Below, piece after piece: positions 19,481 to 29,226 of a DNA stretch of 64,000 nt. This DNA comes from a virus, in IMG/VR virus record IMGVR_UViG_3300044655_001596, positions 13,319 to 77,318 of that record. One strand, written 5' to 3'. Under the pieces are notes generated by a model, which was not told where the DNA came from, did no database searches, and saw only the letters and a program-made list of their open reading frames with translations. Made by a program: the position numbers and the translations under genes. How positions within the stretch are numbered: the first letter of the stretch is position 1; the number at the start of each line of letters is the position of its first letter.

Positions 19481-20694
19481 AATCAAATGATCAAATCACA
19501 TCCTGCAGTTTTTGTGGAAAACACAAAGATGCAGTGGCTAAACTTATTGTAGGTGAAGGTGTTGCCATATGCAATGAGTGTGTGGAACTATGTGAAACTT
19601 TGCTGAAAGATGAAAATTTTGCCGGCACAGTCAGCCCTCCTGTTGTGATGGACCCTGAACACATAAAAAATCATCTAGATCAGTATGTGATTGGCCAGGA
19701 TCGTGCCAAACAGGTACTGAGCGTGGCAGTGGTAAATCATTACAAACGCATTAGTAATCCGGGAACTGATACTGAGATTGAAAAGTGTAACATTCTCATG
19801 CTTGGCCCAACGGGGTCGGGCAAAACATTGTTGGCACGTAGTGTAGCACGTTACTTGGATGTACCGTTCGTGATTGCCGATGCCACAAGTCTTACTGAAG
19901 CAGGTTATGTAGGCGACGACGTTGAGAGCTTGATCTCTAGATTGTTTGCCGCATCGGGCGGTGACATCGCCAAAACACAGCGCGGCATTGTGTTCATTGA
20001 CGAAATTGACAAAATCAGTCGCCGCAGTGAAAGTGCTTCAATCACACGAGATGTGTCAGGAGAAGGTGTACAACAGGCCTTGCTTAAACTGGTAGAAGGC
20101 ACCAAGTGCAGAGTCACTCCCACAGGAAATCGCAAGCATCCTTCAGGTGACATGATTGAGATTGATACCACTAACATCTTGTTTATTGCTGGTGGTGCGT
20201 TCGTGGGTCTTGATGCAGTGGTAAAAAATCGTGTGCGTGGAACTTCGATTGGTTTCAGTGCAAAAGTAAAAGACGACACAGAAACACACCTAGACCAAGT
20301 CACACCAGAAGACTTGATCAAGTTTGGTATGATTCCAGAGTTTGTGGGTCGTTTCCCTAGCTGGGTAGCACTCAACGAACTCAACAAAGAAGATTTGATC
20401 CGTATCTTGCTGGATGTCAAACACAGTTACATTGCACAATACTCTTGGTTGTTTGAACAAGACAAAGTAGAACTAGAATTCAGTGCAGAAGCCTTGGAAA
20501 TGATTGCAGATCGCACTATTCTAAACAAAACTGGTGCTAGGGGTTTGCACTCAGAGCTAGAACGTGTGTTACTCCCCCATATGTTTTATTTGGCCCGTTA
20601 TCGTAGGGAAGGAGTAAACCGCGTGTTTATTGATGCAGATCAGGTAAATACCCCTACAGAACTAAAGGAAGCAAATGGAAAAGCTAAGGGGTAG
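19477..20694 (+). CDS. clpX: ATP-dependent Clp protease ATPase subunit ClpX
   Basis: C4 zinc finger [20 protein letters not shown] pore loop, DEIDK, RKH loop, IGF loop, GARGL. Confidence 0.97.
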   Translation: MKSNDQITSCSFCGKHKDAVAKLIVGEGVAICNECVELCETLLKDENFAGTVSPPVVMDPEHIKNHLDQYVIGQDRAKQVLSVAVVNHYKRISNPGTDTEIEKCNILMLGPTGSGKTLLARSVARYLDVPFVIADATSLTEAGYVGDDVESLISRLFAASGGDIAKTQRGIVFIDEIDKISRRSESASITRDVSGEGVQQALLKLVEGTKCRVTPTGNRKHPSGDMIEIDTTNILFIAGGAFVGLDAVVKNRVRGTSIGFSAKVKDDTETHLDQVTPEDLIKFGMIPEFVGRFPSWVALNELNKEDLIRILLDVKHSYIAQYSWLFEQDKVELEFSAEALEMIADRTILNKTGARGLHSELERVLLPHMFYLARYRREGVNRVFIDADQVNTPTELKEANGKAKG

Positions 20695-20899
20695 ATCAGT
20701 ACTGGTCACAGATGGTAACGTAGACAAAGCTCTACGTAAATTCAAAAAGAAAATTCAAACATCGGGCATCTTAGATGATGTTCGAGCCAAAGAGTTTTAC
20801 GAAAAACCCACTACAGAACGCAAACGCAAAAAGTCAGCGGCGCAAAATCGTTGGCGCAAAAAACTAGCCGAACAGGCTTTGCCCAAAAAACTTTATTGA
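20675..20899 (+). CDS. rpsU: ribosomal protein bS21
   Basis: [11 protein letters not shown]...[14 protein letters not shown]. Confidence 0.93.
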   Translation: MEKLRGRSVLVTDGNVDKALRKFKKKIQTSGILDDVRAKEFYEKPTTERKRKKSAAQNRWRKKLAEQALPKKLY

Positions 20900-20929
20900 T
20901 AATGGGTTTTCGTGTATAATAAATAACTG

Positions 20930-20989
20930 TGTAGTGCCCATAGTGGGGCTACATCTAAGTCATCTTGCTTATAAAGGAGAAAACAAATG
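20930..20989 (+). promoter_or_regulatory. ROSE-like RNA thermometer in hsp20 leader
   Basis: 5' hairpin TGTAG..CTACA, then TCTTGCTT-ATA-AAGGAGA pairing the SD with a bulged G (U(U/C)GCU motif). Confidence 0.65.
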
Positions 20990-21445
20990 ACAAAAACTCT
21001 CACCCTTCGTAGTTTCGACATTCCCGCACTCACCAAATTTGGTATCGGTTTCGATAACATGTTTGATGAACTCATGCGTGTGAGTACTCAACAATCCTCA
21101 ACCAACTACCCGCCCTACGATATTGTACAAATCAATGACGACGAGTACATGATCAGTGTGGCTGTGGCCGGTTTTGGGCATGACAACCTTACTGTGACCA
21201 AGGACAAAAACTTCTTGATTATTGAAGGCAAGCACAGTCGTGAAACTGTGGAGAATGACGATGCCACTGCAAAATATTTGCACAAAGGTATTAGTGAAAG
21301 AAGTTTCCGCAGAGAATTCCAACTTGCGGATCATGTGGAAATTAGTAATGCTCACCTTGAACTAGGTATTCTCAGCGTTCACTTGCGACGTGAAGTGCCC
21401 GAAGAAGCCAAGCCAAAGACTATTGCTATCACATACACTTCCTAA
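20987..21445 (+). CDS. small heat-shock protein (Hsp20/IbpA)
   Basis: IGFD, NYPPYDI, AVAGF, YLHKGI, PEEAKPK. Confidence 0.95.
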   Translation: MTKTLTLRSFDIPALTKFGIGFDNMFDELMRVSTQQSSTNYPPYDIVQINDDEYMISVAVAGFGHDNLTVTKDKNFLIIEGKHSRETVENDDATAKYLHKGISERSFRREFQLADHVEISNAHLELGILSVHLRREVPEEAKPKTIAITYTS

Positions 21446-21502
21446 TATAATAGTGTAAATACAGTAGGGACGCGGTGTCCCTACTGCTAACAAGGAAACA
21501 AA

Positions 21503-21814
21503 ATGGCACAAAGCGAAACTAAAACTAGAATCAAACCCTTAGAATCTGTGCAAGAGCCGCCCTTGTACCGTGTGGTCTATCTCAATGACAATCAAACCAC
21601 GTATGAATTTGTGGTAGAGACTTTGATTGAATACTTTGACTACACCGCAGAAACCGCAGAACAAATCACAATAGACATCCATGATGCGGGATCAGCTGTG
21701 GTAGCAGTGCTGCCATACGAGATTGCTGAACAAAAAGGTGTGGAAGTGACCATGCTGGCACGAGCACAAAGTTATCCACTGCAAATCAAACTAGAACCAG
21801 AACCTGTTGGTTAA
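21503..21814 (+). CDS. clpS: ClpS N-degron adaptor
   Basis: PPLYRVVYLNDNQTTYEFVV, IHDAG, EIAEQK, YPL. Confidence 0.93.
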   Translation: MAQSETKTRIKPLESVQEPPLYRVVYLNDNQTTYEFVVETLIEYFDYTAETAEQITIDIHDAGSAVVAVLPYEIAEQKGVEVTMLARAQSYPLQIKLEPEPVG

Positions 21815-22599
21815 AAATCAATCACAATGCGTTGTGGATAGTACACATGCCGTGAATATTTGGTATGTTGTCGTCCACGACAGTTGTTGACAAATCGAAT
21901 ACCCGACCGTGTTTGGTCTACTGATCCATGGTAGTGTCCAAAACACCAAGTATGAATCTTGTTTTCGGTGTCGGCTGCCATGGCCTGCATCATGAGTCTG
22001 TTGCCCATGGTATTGAATTTCATGCTACCGTCTAGATCGATGTCATGAGCAATCAGGGCTGGATCGGGCACAGTATGAGTGACCATCACAATCTTTCGAA
22101 CATCTGCATGCCGTTGCAGTTTTTGCACACTGTTAATCATGTAACTAGCATCGTTGTTACTGAGTCTTGCTATGTTTTTGGTGGCTGCGGCGCTCATGTT
22201 GTATTTTTCTTGCACCCATTGATCCACTTGATCAGGATCAATTCCTAGATCAAAATCAAATCCAAACCAGCCATTGGTACCTAGAATAGCAACTCCATCA
22301 ACAATTACCACGTTGTCTTGTAAGTACACTATATTGGGTATGCGTTTGATACGCCGCACAAGATCGCTGTAACTGGAACCAAGATCTTCAAGATAATTAT
22401 AATGCTCGTCATTCCCGTCAATGTAAAACACAGCCTGATAGCATCGTCCAAGATGTCTAAGGGTACGTGTGACAGTGTCGCGATCCCGGGCAATATCCCC
22501 AGCAACTACGCACACTGGGCTGGTGGCCTGATGATGCCAATCCAGTTGATCCCAGGTTTCTACGTGTAGGTCTGAAATTAAATCAAATGCAAAACTCAT
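21811..22599 (-). CDS. calcineurin-like metallophosphoesterase (atypical GNDE motif)
   Basis: SDLH, AGD, GNDEH, THTVP, FGHYH. Confidence 0.88.
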   Translation of the reverse strand: MSFAFDLISDLHVETWDQLDWHHQATSPVCVVAGDIARDRDTVTRTLRHLGRCYQAVFYIDGNDEHYNYLEDLGSSYSDLVRRIKRIPNIVYLQDNVVIVDGVAILGTNGWFGFDFDLGIDPDQVDQWVQEKYNMSAAATKNIARLSNNDASYMINSVQKLQRHADVRKIVMVTHTVPDPALIAHDIDLDGSMKFNTMGNRLMMQAMAADTENKIHTWCFGHYHGSVDQTRSGIRFVNNCRGRQHTKYSRHVYYPQRIVIDF

Positions 22600-22623
22600 G
22601 ATACATATTTAAAAGGAAATAAC

Positions 22624-22980
22624 ATGAACATAATATTTGGCGACGCCATCAAAGAGATTCCGGACAGTTTTACAATATTAGAACTAGACACATTTCGCAC
22701 ACCCAAGGACGAGTTACGAACAGCATATTGTGTGGTAGAAACCATACCCCTGTCAGAATTTGCCACGCTGGAAGACTATAAAAAAATACATGCTGATCTT
22801 GTAAAGTTCTATCGAGAACGGCAATGGAACTATTGCGAACATGCAATAGAAGGACTCATGGGACGTTGGAATGGTGAGCTTGACACATTCTACACCAATC
22901 TATTGAGTCGTGTGATGCACTTGAAAGAAAATCCGCCGTCAGACGACTGGGATGGATTCACTGTTAGGCAAAGTAAGTAA
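22624..22980 (+). CDS. stand-alone protein resembling the C-terminal part of class III nucleotide cyclases
   Basis: LELDTFR, YRERQW, PPSDDWDG. Confidence 0.55.
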   Translation: MNIIFGDAIKEIPDSFTILELDTFRTPKDELRTAYCVVETIPLSEFATLEDYKKIHADLVKFYRERQWNYCEHAIEGLMGRWNGELDTFYTNLLSRVMHLKENPPSDDWDGFTVRQSK

Positions 22981-24192
22981 ACTTTGCATACGTTTGTTGC
23001 GAGCGTCTATAGCACCATCAAAATTCTGTTTAAATTCATTGATCAACTGATTGTGCCATTCCGTTGAAAAAAATCTCTGTTGGTTATAGTTAGCAATCAA
23101 TCTCAATGAATCATAAACTTGTTGTTTAGCATCATGTGGTAATGTTGCAATACGCTTCATCTCTGACAGAATAGCCTGCAATCTTTCCAATGGGTCAGCA
23201 ATGGTGTCATACGTTTCGTCGATTATGTTATGAAAAGTTTTGAACCCATAACCGCGAAGATATTCCAGACTACCTTGCGTGGCCACCAAAATAAACGGAT
23301 GCCCGCAAGCAATTGGTCTAAGTGTTTTTTCTGTAAGATGTAATCTATCATCATCAAACAAAGTTTCTAGTACAACTTCTAGATTGGTAGTTTGATAGTC
23401 GTGTGTAAAGTAATCAGCACTAGATAGACTGTCACTAGTGTTGTGGAAAAAATATTGCTCAAGGTCTTGACGTTGGATTTGAAATTTTTTATTTTGAAAT
23501 TGATGTTGACGATAATCAGTTGAATCTTGACTGTTAAATCCCATCTTGCAATGCGAATACAGGTCATGTTCGACCACAAGTTCGGCAAATTTTAATCTAT
23601 ATTCTCTAGTACCTGACCAAGCACGATTGTATATCAAAAAGTCTTTTTGTGGCGTTCGTTTTGATAGCAATACATCATGTTGTGCATATCTAAACCAATC
23701 TCTAGCAATCACACCGTGACACCACCAGTATACTCCTATAAAATCTATATCTTGATATTTTTGTAAATTAGATGATCGTTGTTCAGAATGTATTAACAAA
23801 ACTGGAATCTGATACAGTAAAAACCCAAAGATAATTTTGAAATTGAGATGATGTATTATTTTTCCCACTAGTGATTTGACCATGCCAGTAATAAATTCAT
23901 CTTGGTCTTGAATGATCTGAAAATTAGGATGCACTGATTCAAACACATCAGGTGACGAATAAAGATCAAAATTCAACGGTTCTTGATCATGCATAAACAA
24001 GATATTTTGACGGGCATATTGATATCTTGTTTCCCATGACTGGTCCGAACCATCAATAAGACCATTGGTTAAAAACACCGTAAGGTCGGTTATTTTTCTT
24101 GAGCCATGTGGGAAAAAGCGATAAATTATTAGATCGCGATGGTTGCAAACATCGTGCAAAAAGTTGTATAATCTATCTAAAGGAACACTCAT
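22939..24192 (-). CDS. putative glycosyltransferase (GT10-like C-terminal motif)
   Basis: ETLF..LHLTEKTLRPI..GHPFI..GFKTF..DETYD; start set at MSVPLDRLY. Confidence 0.6.
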   Translation of the reverse strand: MSVPLDRLYNFLHDVCNHRDLIIYRFFPHGSRKITDLTVFLTNGLIDGSDQSWETRYQYARQNILFMHDQEPLNFDLYSSPDVFESVHPNFQIIQDQDEFITGMVKSLVGKIIHHLNFKIIFGFLLYQIPVLLIHSEQRSSNLQKYQDIDFIGVYWWCHGVIARDWFRYAQHDVLLSKRTPQKDFLIYNRAWSGTREYRLKFAELVVEHDLYSHCKMGFNSQDSTDYRQHQFQNKKFQIQRQDLEQYFFHNTSDSLSSADYFTHDYQTTNLEVVLETLFDDDRLHLTEKTLRPIACGHPFILVATQGSLEYLRGYGFKTFHNIIDETYDTIADPLERLQAILSEMKRIATLPHDAKQQVYDSLRLIANYNQQRFFSTEWHNQLINEFKQNFDGAIDARNKRMQSLLTLPNSESIPVV

Positions 24193-25431
24193 ATGAAGAA
24201 AATTGGATTTATTGGTATCGGCAAACTGGGACTCGACTGCGCGGAAGTTATGGCAGAGAAGCACGAAGTCAGAGGTTACGATATTTACCCGCGTACCAGC
24301 GACTCGGTAAAAGTTTGCGATATTGATGAATTGGTCAATGAAAGCGAATGGATTTTTATTGCAGTACCCACTCCACATGCTGAAGGCTACGATGGCTCGG
24401 TGCCCAGCTCACACATGGAACCACGTGACTTTGGACATGACGCTGTGATCAGTGCAATCAACAATGTCAACAAGTACGCAAAGTCACCCAAGAAAGTTGT
24501 GTTGATCTCCACAGTATTACCCGGCACCACACGCCGCAAGTTTTATCCACTGCTAGACAAGAGTCATCAGTTCTTGTACAACCCTTATCTAATTGCCATG
24601 GGCAGTGTGAAGTGGGACATGGTCAACCCTGAGATGGTCATGATTGGTACAGAGGATGGCAACCCCAATGCACTAGCAGGCGAGTTGATCGATTTGTACA
24701 AGACCATGATGGTAAACGATCCTCGCTATGAGATTGGCACCTGGGACGAATGTGAAGCAATGAAGATTTTCTACAACACATTCATTAGCGCAAAAGTTGG
24801 TCTTGTGAACATGATTCAAGACTTTGCACTGCGCATTGGCAACATCAATGTTGACGTGGTTACAGATGCCTTGGCACGCTCGACCATGCGTATCATGGGC
24901 CCCAAGTACATGACCGCAGGTATGGGCGATGCAGGCGCTTGCCATCCACGTGACAACATTGCCTTGCGTTGGTTGGCCAAAGAATATGACATTGGCTACG
25001 ACTTGTTTGACACAGTGATGCATGCTCGAGAAATTCAAGCCAAGAACCTTGCCATGTTTCTAGTTGAACAGGCTAAACAACATGGCATGAGCATTGTGAT
25101 TCATGGCAAAGCCTACAAGCCCGATGTTGAATATTGTATTGGATCATACTCTACTCTAGTAGGACACTATGTTAAACAAGCAGGCTTTGGCGTAAGATAC
25201 CTTGATCCCCTGGCAGATGATCCTGCAGAAGTTATTACAGAACTGGCAGGTCCTGCGGTGATATTGTGGGCACACAATCGCAAGATCACTTATGAGTACA
25301 CCGGTGATCAACCTGACACGTTGCCGTATTGCCCAATCCCACATGGTAGTGTAGTGGTTGATCCATGGCGTAAACTTCCACAGATTGAGAATTTGACTGT
25401 GGTACATTATGGCAACACACGAAATTCTTAA
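24193..25431 (+). CDS. UDP-glucose/GDP-mannose 6-dehydrogenase family protein
   Basis: GIGKLG Rossmann motif, AVPTP, STVLPGT, KIFYNTF, GACHPRD catalytic Cys, AYKP. Confidence 0.92.
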   Translation: MKKIGFIGIGKLGLDCAEVMAEKHEVRGYDIYPRTSDSVKVCDIDELVNESEWIFIAVPTPHAEGYDGSVPSSHMEPRDFGHDAVISAINNVNKYAKSPKKVVLISTVLPGTTRRKFYPLLDKSHQFLYNPYLIAMGSVKWDMVNPEMVMIGTEDGNPNALAGELIDLYKTMMVNDPRYEIGTWDECEAMKIFYNTFISAKVGLVNMIQDFALRIGNINVDVVTDALARSTMRIMGPKYMTAGMGDAGACHPRDNIALRWLAKEYDIGYDLFDTVMHAREIQAKNLAMFLVEQAKQHGMSIVIHGKAYKPDVEYCIGSYSTLVGHYVKQAGFGVRYLDPLADDPAEVITELAGPAVILWAHNRKITYEYTGDQPDTLPYCPIPHGSVVVDPWRKLPQIENLTVVHYGNTRNS

Positions 25432-25927
25432 ATATCATATTCCCAAGTTTTGGGATGACGAGTTTAAGCAACTCAACTACGTCAACGAAGAATTCAATGA
25501 CGCGGAAAGCCTGGAGCGTTGGACAGCTCAGGGTTATGCCAACCGATTCACCGGGGACATGTGCGACATGCGCAGTCCACAACCAAGTTGGAATCAGCAG
25601 TTTGTCAATATCTATAGTGAACTGGGTTGGAAAGACATTGGTACCAGTTACTATAGAATGGGCACAGGTACTATTCTTCCAACTCACGGTGACTTGTATC
25701 TTCGCTATGTTGACCTGTTCAATCTCCGGGGGCAAGAACAACGCATACGCAGAGCCATTGTGTTCCTAGAAGACTGGAAACCCGGACACTATTTTGAAGG
25801 CAACAACGATGCCAAGGTCAATTGGCGAGCAGGAGATGTAGTTGAGTGGCAGTACGATGCGCCACACTTGGCTGCCAATCTTGGGCTAGAACCAAGGTAC
25901 ACATTACAAATCACAGGATGGGTATGA
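25409..25927 (+). CDS. 2OG-Fe(II) oxygenase / cupin-fold protein
   Basis: PTHGD...PHLAAN (HxD..H), RYTLQITG. Confidence 0.75.
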   Translation: MATHEILKYHIPKFWDDEFKQLNYVNEEFNDAESLERWTAQGYANRFTGDMCDMRSPQPSWNQQFVNIYSELGWKDIGTSYYRMGTGTILPTHGDLYLRYVDLFNLRGQEQRIRRAIVFLEDWKPGHYFEGNNDAKVNWRAGDVVEWQYDAPHLAANLGLEPRYTLQITGWV

Positions 25928-26835
25928 TCAACAGTCGCGACGAGTGGAGTCCACTAAAACGCATAGTAGTAGGAGATGCTACTCATGCCAACTGGCCTGT
26001 ACTGGATCCTGTATTCTCCAAAGAGAGTGAAAAGACCACCTGGAAAGAAACACCTGTTCCTCGCGGGCCTGTTCCACAACGAATCATAGATGAAGCAAAC
26101 GAAGACTTGGATGGTCTGGCAACGACTCTGATGAGCCTGGGCGTAGAAGTGTTACGTCCGGATCCACTCAACTTCCAAGTCCACGATGGCATGTACAACT
26201 ACTGCCCGCGTGATCGTTTGTTGGTGTACGGCAACAGCATTGTGAACCCTGCCATGATGTATCCTTGTAGAGATATGGAACTGCAATGCTATCATGACAT
26301 TGTGGACGAAGCAGAACACTACCACTTCATGCCCAGACATGAAGGATTTGTATTGGATGCAGCCAACGTATGCAGACTGGGCGATCAGATGTTGTTTTTA
26401 GAATCCGCATCAGGTAACCGCAAAGCCTACAATTGGTTGTGTGATGTGTTCCCAGATGTCAAAATTGAATTGTGCAATTTTTATGCAGGGGTACATATTG
26501 ATTCTACCATTGTGCCCTTGCGTGAAGGCCTGGTGTTACTCAACAGTTCGCGTGTGAACTTTGATACGGTACCACAAGTGTTTGATGGTTGGCACAAGGT
26601 TTGGGTAAACGAAGTGGTGGCACAAGGTTTTCACGAGTACCCATATGCATCAAAATGGATAGCAATGAACATGTTGGTAGTTGATCCACACACGGTCATC
26701 TGCGACAAGAATCAAACTGAATTAATTCGAACACTCCGAAGTTACCAATTTGAAGTGATACCTTTGGAATTACGCCATTCACGCACTTTGGGCGGTGGTT
26801 TCCATTGTGTTACACTAGACCTAGAACGCGGTTGA
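25924..26835 (+). CDS. amidinotransferase (glycine/inosamine-phosphate amidinotransferase family)
   Basis: EWSPLK, YCPRD, DAAN, HIDST, GGGFHCVT catalytic Asp-His-Cys. Confidence 0.92.
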   Translation: MINSRDEWSPLKRIVVGDATHANWPVLDPVFSKESEKTTWKETPVPRGPVPQRIIDEANEDLDGLATTLMSLGVEVLRPDPLNFQVHDGMYNYCPRDRLLVYGNSIVNPAMMYPCRDMELQCYHDIVDEAEHYHFMPRHEGFVLDAANVCRLGDQMLFLESASGNRKAYNWLCDVFPDVKIELCNFYAGVHIDSTIVPLREGLVLLNSSRVNFDTVPQVFDGWHKVWVNEVVAQGFHEYPYASKWIAMNMLVVDPHTVICDKNQTELIRTLRSYQFEVIPLELRHSRTLGGGFHCVTLDLERG

Positions 26836-26866
26836 CTAATATTCAAAAATGCTGTATAATTACAGC
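26832..26866 (+). promoter_or_regulatory. sigma70 promoter of uvsE with a palindrome over the -10 box
   Basis: TTGACT-17-TATAAT; GCTGTA-TAAT-TACAGC. Confidence 0.65.
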
Positions 26867-27907
26867 ATGACTACACCTATTACTCCTCGTATCGGCTTTT
26901 GTTGCAAATGGCTCAATGATCCCACGGAATGTGGTGGTATGAAAGTCAATGCCAAAGACCGTGATCTAAACGGGCGTTCCACTACCATGCGCTGGCTTCG
27001 TGAGCACAAGGACGAAGCTGAACAGCGTCAGTGGGACATTATGAATCACAATGCGTCAGCGGCTGTGAAGATGATTGAGCGTGTGGGCACATTGCCTCCT
27101 GAACGGCGCATGGTGCGTCTAGGCAGTGAGATGCTACAAGGCTACACTGAGAAAGATTGGATTGACTGGTGGCAACGACGTGAAATTCAAGATCACTGCG
27201 AACAAATTTTTAAACCGGTGGGCGATACTGCTCGGAGGCTTGGCGTTCGGCTTTCCTTCCATCCAGGGCAATTTTGTGTACTAGCAAGTGAGAGTGATGA
27301 GATTGTGGAACGATCCATCCTCGAGTTTGAATACCATGCTGATATGGCACGGTGGATGGGCTACGGCGAGACCTGGCATGATCATGGATTCAAGATCAAC
27401 GTACACTTGTCAGGCAAAGGCGGCCCTGCTAAGTTTTTGCAAACACTCAAGCGATTGAGTCCCGAGGCTCGCAACCTCATAACTATCGAAAATGATGAGA
27501 TGACAAATGGATTGGACACTACTTTGGCTGTGGCTCAGCATGTGGCTCTTGTGTTGGACGTACACCACCACTGGATCAACACCGGCGAATACATCGAACC
27601 GCAGGACGTTCGTACAAGTCGGGTTATTGACAGCTGGCGCGGTGTTCGTCCTGCAATGCATTTTAGTACTAGTCGCGAGGACATTTTGGTCGACCATGTT
27701 CGAACAGTTCGACCAGACCTTGCTGAACTTCTTGCTAGAGGTTTTAAAAAGCAGAAGCTCCGAGCACACAGTGACTTCTGTTGGAACTCAGCTGTAAACG
27801 ACTGGGTCTTGGGCTTTAGTGACCAGTTCGATATACAAGTAGAAGCCAAGGGCAAGAACTTGGCAAGTGAACAACTTTATGAACAATATACTTCTCAACA
27901 TCTTTGA
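26867..27907 (+). CDS. uvsE: UV damage endonuclease UvsE/UVDE
   Basis: RIGFCC, RLSFHPGQF, IENDE, LDVHHH, AHSD, VEAKGK. Confidence 0.93.
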   Translation: MTTPITPRIGFCCKWLNDPTECGGMKVNAKDRDLNGRSTTMRWLREHKDEAEQRQWDIMNHNASAAVKMIERVGTLPPERRMVRLGSEMLQGYTEKDWIDWWQRREIQDHCEQIFKPVGDTARRLGVRLSFHPGQFCVLASESDEIVERSILEFEYHADMARWMGYGETWHDHGFKINVHLSGKGGPAKFLQTLKRLSPEARNLITIENDEMTNGLDTTLAVAQHVALVLDVHHHWINTGEYIEPQDVRTSRVIDSWRGVRPAMHFSTSREDILVDHVRTVRPDLAELLARGFKKQKLRAHSDFCWNSAVNDWVLGFSDQFDIQVEAKGKNLASEQLYEQYTSQHL

Positions 27908-28166
27908 TTGGATACGCAGTGACTACAGAACTAACCCGTTTAGGTTCGTCGTGGAAGTACTGGCTTGGGCTGTGTCTATTGGGTGCAGTATTACGATGGC
28001 TGCCACTGTACCTAATCCCCCTCTCGTTGTACTTTACCCTATTTGGATTGCTGGTTGTGCTATGTACGCTTGGGCTGCTTGGACTCGTAAATCGTTTGGT
28101 ATGTTGGCCAACTACATTCTTTTAGTCAGCATCGATACTGTGGGTTTGCTACGCATGATTTTGTAA
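27879..28166 (+). CDS. small 3-TM membrane protein
   Basis: Hydrophobic helices; overlaps uvsE end. Confidence 0.7.
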   Translation: MNNILLNIFDWIRSDYRTNPFRFVVEVLAWAVSIGCSITMAATVPNPPLVVLYPIWIAGCAMYAWAAWTRKSFGMLANYILLVSIDTVGLLRMIL

Positions 28167-28182
28167 CAAAATTGTAACATGA
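28161..28182 (+). promoter_or_regulatory. Pho box
   Basis: TTGTAACAAAA-TTGTAACATGA 11-bp direct repeat directly upstream of pstS. Confidence 0.75.
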
Positions 28183-28219
28183 TTTGGCCTAAATACTTGT
28201 GAACTACAAAGGAGAAATC

Positions 28220-29221
28220 ATGTTCAAACACTTACTGACATTACTGGCCGCTTTCACAGTGGTTACAGCACAAGCACAGTCGACCATCAACGGTGGTGGA
28301 GCAACATTCCCAGCTCCTCTCTATTCAAAGTGGGCAGAAGCCTATCACAAAGCCACTGGCATTCGTATCAACTATCAGAGTGTGGGTTCGGGCGCCGGTA
28401 TTAGAATGACTGAAGCACGAACAGTGACATTTGGTGCTAGTGATATGCCGCTTACAGATGACCGATTGGCCGCCCTGGGTGTGTTTCAATTCCCCACATG
28501 TATTGGCGGTGTGGTGCCTGTTATCAACATAAAAGGTATTGAGCCTGGTTCCATGCGTTTGACTGGCCCGGTGATAGCCGATATCTTCTTGGGCAAAATT
28601 AAAAAGTGGAACGATCCTGCAATCACAGCATTAAATCCCACGCTCAAACTGCCAGATCAAGAAATTACAGTAGTTCGCAGAGCCGACGGGTCAGGCACCA
28701 CATTTATTTGGACCAACTATCTCAGCAAGGTCAGCCCAGAGTTCAAAGCCACCATAGGCGAAGGCACAGCAGTTAACTGGAAGGTGGGCGCCGGCGGTAA
28801 AGGCAACGAAGGTGTTGCCGCCATGGTTCGACAACTGCCAGGATCCCTGGGTTATGTTGAATATGCATACGTTACACAAACCAAAATGAACTGGGTCAGC
28901 GTACAAAACTCAGCTGGTACTTGGGTAGCACCTACTGAAGATGCTTTTAAGGCAGCCGCCGCTAATGCTGATTGGAATCGCACCTACTTTCAAATCTTAA
29001 CAGATCAAAAGGGTCGCGATGCTTGGCCCATTAGTGGTGCTACATTTGTTCTGGTACATCTCAAGCCAGAAAAACCTGAAGATCTCAAAGCAGCGTTGAC
29101 ATTTTTTGATTGGGCATTTACCAACGGTGACAAAATGGCTGATGACCTAGATTATGTTACATTGCCGGCGGCAGTCAAAACCAAGATTCGTTCAGACTGG
29201 AAACGTCTAGGATTGAATTAA
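28220..29221 (+). CDS. pstS: phosphate ABC transporter substrate-binding protein PstS
   Basis: GATFPAPLY, GSGAG, FGASD, RADGSGTT, GKGNEGV, WPI; signal peptide. Confidence 0.97.
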   Translation: MFKHLLTLLAAFTVVTAQAQSTINGGGATFPAPLYSKWAEAYHKATGIRINYQSVGSGAGIRMTEARTVTFGASDMPLTDDRLAALGVFQFPTCIGGVVPVINIKGIEPGSMRLTGPVIADIFLGKIKKWNDPAITALNPTLKLPDQEITVVRRADGSGTTFIWTNYLSKVSPEFKATIGEGTAVNWKVGAGGKGNEGVAAMVRQLPGSLGYVEYAYVTQTKMNWVSVQNSAGTWVAPTEDAFKAAAANADWNRTYFQILTDQKGRDAWPISGATFVLVHLKPEKPEDLKAALTFFDWAFTNGDKMADDLDYVTLPAAVKTKIRSDWKRLGLN

Positions 29222-29226
29222 ATCGA

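Noticed and set aside
24193-24378. Track start 24378 for the glycosyltransferase
   Set aside because: Would overlap the dehydrogenase antisense by 186 bp; ATG at 24192 is more plausible
26852-26865. LexA box at uvsE
   Set aside because: CTGT-N6-ACAG is 2 bp shorter than the required spacing
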